NCBI GenBank assembly: GCA_044371145.1
Contig: JBILUI010000001.1
Coordinates: forward strand, 3,497 to 67,496
Source: Chthoniobacterales bacterium
Lineage (GTDB): Bacteria > Verrucomicrobiota > Verrucomicrobiia > Chthoniobacterales > JACTMZ01
Direction of reading: 5' to 3'
Length of the DNA stretch: 64,000 bases
The notes under the pieces: generated by a model
What the model was told of the DNA's origin: nothing
Database searches by the model: none
Seen by the model: the letters and a program-made list of their open reading frames with translations, nothing else
In this document: in pieces, positions 27,364-36,732 of the stretch
How positions within the stretch are numbered: position 1 is the first letter of the stretch
Layout: each line of letters begins with the position of its first letter
Translations under genes and position numbers: made by a program

Positions 27364-29481
27364 TCAAGAACCCGGAAATGCTTCGATATAGAGATGGTGA
27401 TCGAGATCGAATGGCTCGCCGATCATGCGCTCGGACTCCAGCTCAGGGTGGTTCTCGAAACGTTCGAGGCGCATGGTGCGCCGCGTTCCCGTCCGTAATG
27501 TCTTGTTTGCTTCCGGTTCGCGCCCGTCGAGGAGGATCCATTCCGCCACGCGCACTTCGCCGTTTTCGTCGGCCACGCGTGATTCGCCAATCACGCGATA
27601 AAGATTCAGCACCAGAGCGCGACGATACGGGGCGATGTCCTCCAAAGCGGGCGGTTCGTGGCGACGGACCAGCTCCAACTCCGTCTCGGTGATCTCGGGT
27701 GCACTCCGTGCGGCGAGTTTCGCCGTGTAGAGCCGGGATTTTCTCGCGATTTCCTCGTCCGAGATTTTGCGATCGTAGACGGCCACTCCCTCGAGCAAGC
27801 CGCTCCACTGGCGATCAACCCCTCGCCACTCGTCGCCGAAGAGCAGGCGCGCGGCGTTGTTCCAGCCGGAGAGATTGCCCTCGAATTGCGGCGATTGCTT
27901 CACCATCTTGCCGTCGACGTGGCAGGTCAAAACCCCGCGACCGTAGCTTACCACCACGTGGTAAGGACGCCCCGCTTCGATCCCGCAAAGCTCAATCTCC
28001 TCGCCGCGCGGACCCGTTTCCGTGGTACGCAGGCGAAAAACCAGACGGTCGGAATTCTGACCGAGATAAAAATTGAGATCGCTCCGATCGACGGAAAACG
28101 CAACCACCCGCCGCGGCCCGAACTGTTTTGCGGAGGCAGAGGTCAGGACAAGCTCGATGCTGAAAGCATCGCTTTTCTTGATGGCGTGGTTGATCTCCTC
28201 GTCGAATCCCTCCACACGGACGGACCCGCGATGCAGCCACATTTCGTTGTGCGCCCCGAACCGGGCCTCGCCCGATGCCACGGCCAGCGCAGCGCGCGGA
28301 AAAAGATCCGCGCGCGCGGAGCGGTTTCCTGACTGGTTGTTCTCCCACAAAAAAACAAGCCCCTCATCGGACACCGGCCAGCGATCCGTCAGCGGCGGAA
28401 GCGCCGGAACAAGTGGACTGTCTTCGCCGGGGCGACTGAGGGCCGATTGATACTTGTCACCGCCTTCGATCCAGACATCGGGGTTGAATTCTGCCGCATC
28501 ACTCCGGCTGACATTGACCCACGCTTCGACCGTTGCGAAATCACGGCTGAAACGACCGATGTGTATGTCCACCTGCGGACCGCCGCCGCCGAGACGGTTG
28601 TTTCCTTTGCCTATGCTGTAAGGTCCAGTCATAACCATGAACTGTGCGTGGTTGGACCAGCGCGGATGGTAAACCTCGTAGTTGTCGACCCCCGGCGCCT
28701 TGGAAATGTCGACCTTCCAATTTCGGTTGTTGAAAAGATCGTGCATCAACAGGTTGCGGTGCCGTCCGTCGAAGGTCCACGAAAGGTAGCTGTGGTCCGG
28801 AGCCAACCCGGGCCAGCAGCCATTCGCATTGTTGGCCCACACACCGTCGGGCAGAATAGCCACCCCGGAAACCGGCCACGGCATGTTGGCCGCGATCTTT
28901 TTGCCGTCCGCCGAGACGTGCAGGCTGCCCGGCATCGTGATGTGCGTCGGCGTTTTCGTCCAAAGCGTTTCCTTGGTTTCCGGATCGTCCAACCGGAAAC
29001 GCACGATCGGTGCGGGGACAAAAGCCTCCCCGAATCTTTCCTCTTTGCCGTAGACCCAGGTTTCCCCGGTTTTCGGATCGCGCCACAGGGCGCCGGCCAC
29101 CCCGGAGGCGACATCGCGGCGTCCCGAACCGTCCCAGTTGACCACGCAAATCATGCCGCTGGAGCTGTCGGTGAAGACAACGCGTTCCCCGTCGGGCGTG
29201 ATGAGCGGCCGCATGTAACTGCCTGTCTCGCCGAGAATGGGACGCAAGCCGCGCCCGTCGCGCGAATCGTAACCCATCAGGACAAAACTTTCCCCGTAGC
29301 CATCGAGGCGCCGTCCTCCCATGACATCGCGCTGCCATACAACGCGCGTGTGTGCCCCAGTCAGCTTTTCCACCTCGCGGTCGCGCGTCGCATCGGGAGC
29401 ATCCGAAGATGCGCCCTGCTCCGCACCAAAGCAGAGCAATGCGGCAGCGAGAGCAAAAGAGACGCAGAACCTACCCGCCAT
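27364..29481 (-). CDS. Secreted beta-propeller (TolB/PD40-like) + LamG/ConA-like domain protein
   Basis: Signal peptide MAGRFCVSFALAAALLCFGA. The N-terminal half has PD40-like repeats (PLITPDGERVVFTD, SADGKKIAAN). The C-terminal region LVFRLRT...YHVVVSYGRGVLTCHVDGK...LLFGDEW...GLLEGVAVYDRKIS is LamG-like. ATG at 29481; the ORF-track GTG is at 29496. Confidence 0.65.
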   Translation of the reverse strand: MAGRFCVSFALAAALLCFGAEQGASSDAPDATRDREVEKLTGAHTRVVWQRDVMGGRRLDGYGESFVLMGYDSRDGRGLRPILGETGSYMRPLITPDGERVVFTDSSSGMICVVNWDGSGRRDVASGVAGALWRDPKTGETWVYGKEERFGEAFVPAPIVRFRLDDPETKETLWTKTPTHITMPGSLHVSADGKKIAANMPWPVSGVAILPDGVWANNANGCWPGLAPDHSYLSWTFDGRHRNLLMHDLFNNRNWKVDISKAPGVDNYEVYHPRWSNHAQFMVMTGPYSIGKGNNRLGGGGPQVDIHIGRFSRDFATVEAWVNVSRSDAAEFNPDVWIEGGDKYQSALSRPGEDSPLVPALPPLTDRWPVSDEGLVFLWENNQSGNRSARADLFPRAALAVASGEARFGAHNEMWLHRGSVRVEGFDEEINHAIKKSDAFSIELVLTSASAKQFGPRRVVAFSVDRSDLNFYLGQNSDRLVFRLRTTETGPRGEEIELCGIEAGRPYHVVVSYGRGVLTCHVDGKMVKQSPQFEGNLSGWNNAARLLFGDEWRGVDRQWSGLLEGVAVYDRKISDEEIARKSRLYTAKLAARSAPEITETELELVRRHEPPALEDIAPYRRALVLNLYRVIGESRVADENGEVRVAEWILLDGREPEANKTLRTGTRRTMRLERFENHPELESERMIGEPFDLDHHLYIEAFPGS

Positions 29482-29499
29482 ACAGGAAGCCGTCACGAA

Positions 29500-30432
29500 T
29501 TACGAAAGCGCTGTCAGCCAGTCCGGCGCGGGAAAACGTTTTGCCCCGCCGCGCACGGCCAACCCGACGGCGGCGCGCATAGTCCAGAACGTGCGCACCC
29601 CGCGATGGCGGCAGGCGGAGAGCAGAGGACCGACGATGTCCCAGCAATTGAACCACACCGCTTCGTTGACCGCTTTTTCGAACAATATTCTCTCGTCGCG
29701 CGGCAATTCCGAAGGCCACGGCACGCCGTGCGAAACGCACCATTCCGGCAAGGCGAGGCGCGAGCGCAATCCGTTCCAGATGCGCTTCGCATCCATCTTC
29801 CCCGCGGAGACCGGACGCCATGTTTTGTCGAGGACAATCTCCGGGTGGTAGGCGCAACGCTCGACGAGCCCGGCTTTGATCCAGTAGTCACGATCTTCCA
29901 TTGGCTCGTAACCGGGAACAAAACCGCCGATGCGCACGTGCAACTCGCGTCGGATGACAGCCGAGCCGGGCGTGATGACCGCGCAACGCCAGTAGTTGCG
30001 CAGTGCGGGTAGCGGCGGGTCGCCTTCCGCATAGTTGTAGCCACTGGTGCGCGGCTCGGACGGCGGTTTCTCCCGGACTAGCACCATACCGTAAGCGACA
30101 CCTGCGTTCCCGGCCTCCGCCGCACGCACCAAGGCCGACGGCCCGGCAGGCAGCAAAATGTCGTCCGCATCGAGGAACAAAATCCATTCTCCGGAAGAAT
30201 GCTCCACCCCGATGTTGCGCGCGCGGGATACACCGCCGTTTTCCACCAGGAGATAGCGGATCTTGTCACCGAAGCCAGCGCAGATCTCGGCCGTATTGTC
30301 CGTGCTTCCGTCATCGACCACGACAATCTCGCGGGCTGATTCCTCGAGCCGGAGACAACTGGCAATGGTCGCCGGAAGAAACTCTGCCGCATCGTGGGCG
30401 GGGATGACGATGCTGAGAGAGGGTATTGGCAC
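29500..30432 (-). CDS. Glycosyltransferase family 2
   Basis: LSIVIPAHDAAEFL, VVVDDGSTDNT and FLDADDIL motifs. GTG start. Confidence 0.88.
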   Translation of the reverse strand: MPIPSLSIVIPAHDAAEFLPATIASCLRLEESAREIVVVDDGSTDNTAEICAGFGDKIRYLLVENGGVSRARNIGVEHSSGEWILFLDADDILLPAGPSALVRAAEAGNAGVAYGMVLVREKPPSEPRTSGYNYAEGDPPLPALRNYWRCAVITPGSAVIRRELHVRIGGFVPGYEPMEDRDYWIKAGLVERCAYHPEIVLDKTWRPVSAGKMDAKRIWNGLRSRLALPEWCVSHGVPWPSELPRDERILFEKAVNEAVWFNCWDIVGPLLSACRHRGVRTFWTMRAAVGLAVRGGAKRFPAPDWLTALS

Positions 30433-30460
30433 GGGACGTTCGATCTGCTACATACGCTTA

Positions 30461-31273
30461 ATGAAGGATCTAGTGCCCTTGCCGCTGCGACAATTTTTCG
30501 GCAGTGTATGCACCGATTGGAAGGCGCGGCGGCAGAAAGAACGCCTGCTGGCGGCGCTGCGGGGTGATGCGGTGCAGTGCAATGTGTGCGGGTGGCAGGG
30601 CGCTCGGTTTGCCGATGACCGGTGGCATAGGGAAACAGTCTGTCCGGTGTGCCGCCTGCAGGTGCGCCATCGCATGCTGGCGGCGCTGCTCGACGGCCTG
30701 GCTGATATCGATAAGACCGACGAATCTTCGCTGCTGGGAGGAAAGGACGTGCTGCATTTCGCGCCGGAGAGACAACTGAGTGAGAGATTCAGAAAAACAG
30801 CGCGCAAACATGTCACGGCGGACTTCGACCGCAGCGACTGCGACTTGCGGGTGAACATGAGTTGCATGCCGGAGGTCGCGGACGCTTCTTTCGACACTGT
30901 CATTGCCTGCGACGTGCTCGAGCATGTTCCGGACGACATCGCCGCCATGCGCGAATTGCGCCGTATTCTGCGAAGCGATGGCTTAGCCCTAGTCACGGTT
31001 CCGCAAAAAGACTCGCCGTCCGAGACTGACGAGGATTCTTCCGTCACGGATGAAGCACAGCGGATTGCGCGCTTCGGCCAGAAGGATCATGTGCGTATGT
31101 ATGGCGATGATTTTGCGGAGCGTCTCGAGTCAGCCGGATTCAGGGTGCGGGTGATCTCGGCGTCCACTTTTTCGAGCGCGCAAGTTGAGCGTCATGTGCT
31201 GAAACCGCCTTGGCCCAACCCCCACCCTTTGGCCACCAACCAGCGCCGTATCTATCTCGCGCTGGCCGTTTAG
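30461..31273 (+). CDS. SAM-dependent methyltransferase (type 11-like) with N-terminal CxxC..CxxC zinc ribbon
   Basis: CNVCGW...CPVCR, then VLHFAPE and ACDVLEHVPDDIAAMRELRRILRSDGLALVTVP. I chose the ATG at 30461 (MKDLVPLPL). The ORF-track start 30263 lies inside the divergent GT2. Confidence 0.8.
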   Translation: MKDLVPLPLRQFFGSVCTDWKARRQKERLLAALRGDAVQCNVCGWQGARFADDRWHRETVCPVCRLQVRHRMLAALLDGLADIDKTDESSLLGGKDVLHFAPERQLSERFRKTARKHVTADFDRSDCDLRVNMSCMPEVADASFDTVIACDVLEHVPDDIAAMRELRRILRSDGLALVTVPQKDSPSETDEDSSVTDEAQRIARFGQKDHVRMYGDDFAERLESAGFRVRVISASTFSSAQVERHVLKPPWPNPHPLATNQRRIYLALAV

Positions 31274-32412
31274 TTCTCCGCCGGATGAACATCCCGCAAA
31301 CAACGGGCGAAAATTTCAGTGAATTTGACTGCTCCCGCGGCGGTCGGATGGACAGCGTCGAACCATAGCTCCCCGGACATCAGCCCCTCCATGTCTTCCG
31401 CCGAAGGCACATACCATACCGGGCTTTGCGGATCATTGAGGGCGAGGGCAAAGTCCTCGGCGTAATGCGCGCGTTCCGGCTCGAGCACCGGCAACGCGAA
31501 AAACCCGACTTCATCGGCGTAGGGCAGCATGACTTCGTTGATATCGTCGATGGACCTCGACCACTGCTCGTAAGGCATCGAAGCGTCGGCCACCCGCTCG
31601 CTGCGCGGCGGTGAATTTTTCCACACCTCCACCGTCCGCGCGTAATCAAAGCCGGTCTCGGGTCGCTCCAGCGCGAGAAAAGTGCGATCGATGCGTTTCC
31701 TCTCGCCGGGCCATTTCATGTCGGAGAAAGAACCCACAGCGAACTGGTTGAGCAAGGCGTGATGGGCGAGCAGCGCCGCGACGGACCAACGTGGCAATTG
31801 CGGCTCGGAAGCCAACTGGGCTTCGTATGCTTTCCATCCGCGACAGGCATTGGCCGGATTGAGAAACTGGATGTATCGTTCGGTGAAAGCCTCTTTTTCG
31901 AAGCGGTAGAGCGGATGGCGGTCGTAAGCGTCGAAAATCTCGTGCAGCAGGGTGACTTTGGCGGAGGCGAGTTTCGCCCGCCCCTCTTCCCCGAGCAGCC
32001 GGAGGAAGGTCTCGAGCGCGTAGCGGCGTTCGAGATGTGTCTGGCCAATCATGGCGAACGAAATCACTGTCGCCGGCGTGCCGCGCTCGGCGAGAAGCTT
32101 CTCCAGCATCTCGTGGTCGAGGCCGAAATTCGTCGCACTGCTGCCGAGCAAGATGAAAACCGGACGACTTTCCCATCCGGGGTCCTTGGCCAAATGTCGC
32201 ACCGCCCAGCGGGCGCGCTGCGCCACGGGTGAATTCGGCCAGAACAATTCATCCGGCAAAAAACTGCGCGCGGCGGCGAGGCCGGCGAAGGCGCAAAACA
32301 CGGCCAACCCGAAACCGAGAAGCGACGGGGCGCTTCGCCCCCACGCGACCAGCGAGAGAAGCACGAGGACCGCTACCGGAACAAGGACGGCGCTGCCGGG
32401 ATCCGAAGTCAA
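31270..32412 (-). CDS. TM-anchored SGNH/DltD-like putative acyl-transfer partner of MBOAT copy 2
   Basis: N-terminal TM helices, block-I-like ILLGSSATNFG, and C-terminal WFDAVHPT (DxxH). TTG start forms a TTGA overlap with the MBOAT stop (32409..32412). Confidence 0.6.
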   Translation of the reverse strand: MTSDPGSAVLVPVAVLVLLSLVAWGRSAPSLLGFGLAVFCAFAGLAAARSFLPDELFWPNSPVAQRARWAVRHLAKDPGWESRPVFILLGSSATNFGLDHEMLEKLLAERGTPATVISFAMIGQTHLERRYALETFLRLLGEEGRAKLASAKVTLLHEIFDAYDRHPLYRFEKEAFTERYIQFLNPANACRGWKAYEAQLASEPQLPRWSVAALLAHHALLNQFAVGSFSDMKWPGERKRIDRTFLALERPETGFDYARTVEVWKNSPPRSERVADASMPYEQWSRSIDDINEVMLPYADEVGFFALPVLEPERAHYAEDFALALNDPQSPVWYVPSAEDMEGLMSGELWFDAVHPTAAGAVKFTEIFARCLRDVHPAEN

Positions 32413-33818
32413 AATTGAAAGTAGATGAAAGGCGCGTAGCCGATGTGCATGAAGAGCAGACCGACAACCAACGACAACGCGATCACCGCGTAGACGCCGG
32501 CGGTCGATCGGACGCGGAAGCGTTCAACAAACTTCGTCGATCCGACAAGAAAGGTGTCGGCCACCAGCGGCAGCAAAAGGAGGAGCCAAGGAAACGGCTG
32601 GGAAATTTCCCAAGCTGTGCCCAGCACCGAGGCCAGCTTTTCCCAAACAATCAGGGTGACTTGCCATGAATCCGCGCGGAAGGGAACCCAGCAGAGAAAG
32701 ACAAAGAGCTGCGTGAGCAGGAACGAAGCGGCGAGAAAAATACGGTTGCCCGCCAAGCGTGCGGCGGCATTTCCGGATGCCCAGGCGTGATTGATGCAAA
32801 GTGCCAGTCCGTGCGCCGCGCCCCAAAGGACAAAATTCCAATTAGCTCCGTGCCACAGTCCACCGAGAAACATGGTGACCATGAGATTGCGATACATACT
32901 CAACCGCGGCCCACGGTTTCCGCCCAGCGGGATGTAGACGTAGTCGCGCAACCACGTTGAGAGCGAAATGTGCCAACGGTGCCAGAAACCGATAAGTGAC
33001 GTTGCCCGGTAGGGGTGGTTGAAGTTGTCCGGCAGGTAGTAGCCGAGCATGTTGGCTACCCCGATCGCCATGAGCGAGTAACCCGCGAAATCGAAGTAAA
33101 TCTGCCCGTAAAAACCGAGCGTCGCACCGAAGACGGAGAGCGGAGAATGCGCAGCCGGATCGGCGTAAACCGCATCGACATAACCCGCGATGTTGTCGGC
33201 AAAGACGCTTTTGTAGAGGAAACCAATGGCAAATTTGCGCCAACCGTCGATGAACATGGAGGCGTCGAAGACGCGCGCGCTGGCCAACTGCGGAAGGAAA
33301 GTCTTCGCGTGGATGATCGGACCCGCCACAAGATGCGGGAAGAAACCCAGATAAACACCCAATTTGAGGAAGCTGCGCTCCACCGGAATTGTTCCGCGGT
33401 AGACGCTGACCAGATAGCTGATCGCTTGGAATATGTAGAAACTGACGCCGACCGGCAGGATGATGTTCAGCGTCGTCCAAGTGAGCTCCCCGCCGAAATG
33501 TTCCACCCCGCGCTGCACGCTGCTGATGAAAAAGTTGGCGTATTTGAAATACCCCAGAACGAGCAACTGTACGCCGCAGGCCGTCCAGAGAATGACTTCG
33601 GCACGCCCGCCGGCAGCCGCCGCCAGTGCCCGCCCGCCGGCGAAGGCCACGACGATAACAAACAGCAGCAGCGCGGTGAACCGCCAGTCCCACCATCCGT
33701 AAAAAAAGAAATTCGCCGCAAAAAGAAACGGCAACCTCCAACGATCGCTGCGCAGCAGCCAGTAAAGCGGCAGCACGACCGCCATGAACACGATAAAAAC
33801 CAGTGTGGTAAAAATCAT
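32409..33818 (-). CDS. MBOAT family O-acyltransferase, copy 2
   Basis: FAGYSLMAIG, FWHRWHISLSTWLRDYVYIPLGGNR, GLWHGANWNF and C-terminal FIYFQF. Confidence 0.92.
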   Translation of the reverse strand: MIFTTLVFIVFMAVVLPLYWLLRSDRWRLPFLFAANFFFYGWWDWRFTALLLFVIVVAFAGGRALAAAAGGRAEVILWTACGVQLLVLGYFKYANFFISSVQRGVEHFGGELTWTTLNIILPVGVSFYIFQAISYLVSVYRGTIPVERSFLKLGVYLGFFPHLVAGPIIHAKTFLPQLASARVFDASMFIDGWRKFAIGFLYKSVFADNIAGYVDAVYADPAAHSPLSVFGATLGFYGQIYFDFAGYSLMAIGVANMLGYYLPDNFNHPYRATSLIGFWHRWHISLSTWLRDYVYIPLGGNRGPRLSMYRNLMVTMFLGGLWHGANWNFVLWGAAHGLALCINHAWASGNAAARLAGNRIFLAASFLLTQLFVFLCWVPFRADSWQVTLIVWEKLASVLGTAWEISQPFPWLLLLLPLVADTFLVGSTKFVERFRVRSTAGVYAVIALSLVVGLLFMHIGYAPFIYFQF

Positions 33819-34025
33819 TTTATGCGTGAAACGGTCTTATCGTCGGTTTCCGGCACCGCGCATAATTTTACGCCACCAAACAGCGGCGAATTCCGTTGTT
33901 GAGACTTAGGGTCGCGCGCCCAGCTTCACAGGCGCTGTCGTCCGCGCGATTAGGAGCAGATTTTGCGCTGTGTCCAGATGCGTGCTGATCATTCTGATCA
34001 AAAGGTCAGGTTCCACTCCTGCGTG

Positions 34026-34733
34026 TCAGCCGACCGCGCGACGGATGGCCTCGCAGGTCCAGAGACCCAACGACTTGTCGGCGTAGGCTCCTTCGGCATC
34101 GTGACATTCCTCATTGATCAACTCATCGGGTTTCGGGAGATGAAAAGGAGCAATCTGCAGGTTGAGAGGACGCCACTTGCCCGCCGCGATCTCCTTGTTT
34201 TCCACGCGGGAAGGAAACGATGTGGTCAGCAGCAACTTCGAGCCGCTGCGCGCAATGTTGCGCAGAGCTTTCACCACATCGGCCAGCGGCAGATGAACCA
34301 GGCAGTCGCGGCAAATGACCAAATCAGCGCGAGGCAGCGGATCGTTAATTACGTCGAGATGGATGAACCGCACACCGGGCCGAGCGTGGCGCCTTTCGTT
34401 TTCTACGATCAAAGGCGCGACAATGTCCCCGCCGATGTAGGAAATTCCGCCCAGAGGCACGGAATCCATCCAGTAAAAATCGCCGCACGGTATGTCGAGC
34501 AGCGAAGAGATTGCTTTTTCCCGGAAAAGCCGCGGCAGCACCTCACGGACGATGCGCGTCGACTCGAGCGATGAGCCGCCGCCTGAGGCTGACCCCGCAG
34601 CACCCCAATAGCGCTTCTCGTAGATTCCGGTGAACTGGTCTTCATACTTTCTCCGCAGCAATCCGCACCCAACCAAGGCATTGCGCAGCAGTCGCACGCT
34701 TTTGGAAACGGGAGGCAGTGTGTGAAATTTCAT
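34026..34733 (-). CDS. Class I SAM-dependent methyltransferase
   Basis: LLDIPCGDFYWM (motif I), LVICRDCLVHLP and KLLLTTSFP. I chose the ATG at 34733 (MKFHTLPP). The ORF-track start 34922 overlaps the upstream gene. Confidence 0.8.
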   Translation of the reverse strand: MKFHTLPPVSKSVRLLRNALVGCGLLRRKYEDQFTGIYEKRYWGAAGSASGGGSSLESTRIVREVLPRLFREKAISSLLDIPCGDFYWMDSVPLGGISYIGGDIVAPLIVENERRHARPGVRFIHLDVINDPLPRADLVICRDCLVHLPLADVVKALRNIARSGSKLLLTTSFPSRVENKEIAAGKWRPLNLQIAPFHLPKPDELINEECHDAEGAYADKSLGLWTCEAIRRAVG

Positions 34734-34765
34734 GAGATCAGTTGCGGGACGGCGCTTGAAGTTAT

Positions 34766-35947
34766 TCAGGGCGCTTTCGCGCCGGACGGGGAACCTTCCA
34801 TGCGCGCCAGCACGGAGGCGAGTTCCTGCAGGTTGATAGAACCGTCCGGCTGTGCGGCCAAAGCCACATAGGACGGAACTTGCAAAGCGCGACACATTTT
34901 GAGGTAACAAGGAACCCACCAAGAGACGCTGGCCAATTCGACGACAGCAGAGGGCTGCGCGAACATCAGGTGGGTCATCGCCGCACCGTGCGCGGCCACC
35001 ACGATGTCGGCCGCGCCGACCGCGGCGCGAACGCGGGCATTGTCCATGGTGTGGGGACGCAGGATTTCGAAACCGCGATCATGAAGAAACGACTCCACTT
35101 CTTCCTCATTTTCCAAGCGCCGCGATTGTTTGGTCCCGGCTTGGTGAGCCCACCCGTGACGACTGAGGTAAATTTTTTTCCCGTGCTGCCTCTGGGGAGC
35201 AATGCCGAAATGTCTGCGCACCCGGCCGATGTTGGCAGCCTGGAAATCGTCCCAATGTTGCGAGGGACCCACCACTGTCAGGTGTCCGATGCGGAGCCCG
35301 GGCCAAGGAAGGTCAATCCAAGTGCATTGCTTGGCCGCGAGGTCCTCCGGTGCATGCCGCCGCGCGAAATCGGCGTCGAGGAGATAGGGTCCGGAGAACT
35401 CTCGGGAAATCCACGCAAAAGAGAGGAGAAACTCCATGACGTAGTCGCCGAATGTCCCCTGCTCGTTGGTCGAGCGTGCGACAAGCACTGCTTCGTGGAC
35501 AAAATCAAACTTCCGGCGTTCGGCTATGAGGGCGGCTGCTTCCAAAACGATCGCCGGCGTCAAGCGGCCGAAGAGACTGCTGCAACCGAGAATGCGGCGG
35601 TCCTGACAGACCAGTCCGTTGTGCAGCACGATTACGTTTCGGAGTTGGAGAACGCGCGGTCGCTCCGGGTGGCCTTGGGGCAAAGCCGGGAGTTTCCTTT
35701 TCCACCACGGGGCCAACCGAGGATCCACCTCGTATCCGCTGGGAAGACCCAGATCCTCCGGCGCAGCCTGCGGGAAAAATCCGGAGGCTTGGTTCCCTCC
35801 GTTGCGCCGGAGCGGCCGGTGCATCCATTTATGAACAGACGGCGGGAAACGGCAGGAAAGGGAAGCGACCAACCGGTGCATACTCCTTGCCAGCAAAGGC
35901 GAGAGCAGATTGACGTCCCCGTTCATGGGAAACAAAACGGACAGCAC
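34766..35947 (-). CDS. GT61/DUF563 family glycosyltransferase, copy 1
   Basis: KIYLSRHG...RRLENEEEVESFLHDRGFEILRPHTM...AADIVVAAHGAAMTHLMFAQPSAVVEL matches the DUF563 C-terminal signature. Start is uncertain (GTG 35947 or ATG 35926). Confidence 0.75.
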   Translation of the reverse strand: MLSVLFPMNGDVNLLSPLLARSMHRLVASLSCRFPPSVHKWMHRPLRRNGGNQASGFFPQAAPEDLGLPSGYEVDPRLAPWWKRKLPALPQGHPERPRVLQLRNVIVLHNGLVCQDRRILGCSSLFGRLTPAIVLEAAALIAERRKFDFVHEAVLVARSTNEQGTFGDYVMEFLLSFAWISREFSGPYLLDADFARRHAPEDLAAKQCTWIDLPWPGLRIGHLTVVGPSQHWDDFQAANIGRVRRHFGIAPQRQHGKKIYLSRHGWAHQAGTKQSRRLENEEEVESFLHDRGFEILRPHTMDNARVRAAVGAADIVVAAHGAAMTHLMFAQPSAVVELASVSWWVPCYLKMCRALQVPSYVALAAQPDGSINLQELASVLARMEGSPSGAKAP

Positions 35948-36267
35948 CGCCCGCGCCCGGGTGATCGGATCAGCATCAGCCTGGCAAACACAGTCCTTGC
36001 TCCCGGTTGGAGAATTGTGAGGAAATGCCGACCATGACTTTTTCCAATATCGTCGGCGGTATCCTCAGACCTTTCATCAGCCCGGGTCAGGAGCAGGCTC
36101 TGGTGCAAGTGCAGCAGGAAACCTAGACAGCGTGGCAGCACCGCAAGGGACTGCGCAAAATCCGCAAATGCGATCTGCTGCGTCCGCCGAGAATCAACCT
36201 CGGCAGCGGCGCCACGACCAAGCCGGGTTTTCTCAATATCGATATCTGCCCGGTAACCGATGTCAGT

Positions 36268-36732
36268 TTGGACCTGCGGCGTCCTTTGCCGTTCGAGGAC
36301 AATTGCTGCGATCTTATTTTTTCGGAGCACGCGCTTGAGCATATCGATTACCCTTGGCCGGTCATCGGTCTCCTCAGGGATTGTCTTCGCATTTTGAAGC
36401 CGGGCGGCAGATTAGCTTTCAGTGTCCCCGGGACGGAGTGGCCGCTGCTTGATTACCCGAAGGGACCCGATGCACCCTACTTCGAAGCATGTCGCGAGCA
36501 TCGCTGGCACAAAGGCTGTACCACGCGCATGGAACACATCAATTACCACTTCCGCCAGCGCGGGGAGCATCGCTTCGCTTACGATGAGGAAGCGGCAGCC
36601 AAGCTGCTGCCTGAAGCGGGTTTTGTGGGGCCGAGGAGACGGAAACCAGACCCGTCGCTTGACTCGGAGCATCGCTGCAAGGGCGGAGGCGGACTATTTA
36701 TGGAGGCTTTTAAGCCGGGCAGACAGGTCTGA
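36268..36732 (+). CDS. SAM-dependent methyltransferase, interrupted or start-less (probable pseudogene)
   Basis: The ORF-track TTG start at 36268 lies downstream of the in-frame SAM-binding motif RINLGSGATTKPGFLNIDI (36190..36246). No ATG/GTG/TTG lies between that motif and an in-frame TAG at 36124..36126. An in-frame ATG at 36034 lies upstream of the TAG. See findings. Confidence 0.55.
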   Translation: MDLRRPLPFEDNCCDLIFSEHALEHIDYPWPVIGLLRDCLRILKPGGRLAFSVPGTEWPLLDYPKGPDAPYFEACREHRWHKGCTTRMEHINYHFRQRGEHRFAYDEEAAAKLLPEAGFVGPRRRKPDPSLDSEHRCKGGGGLFMEAFKPGRQV

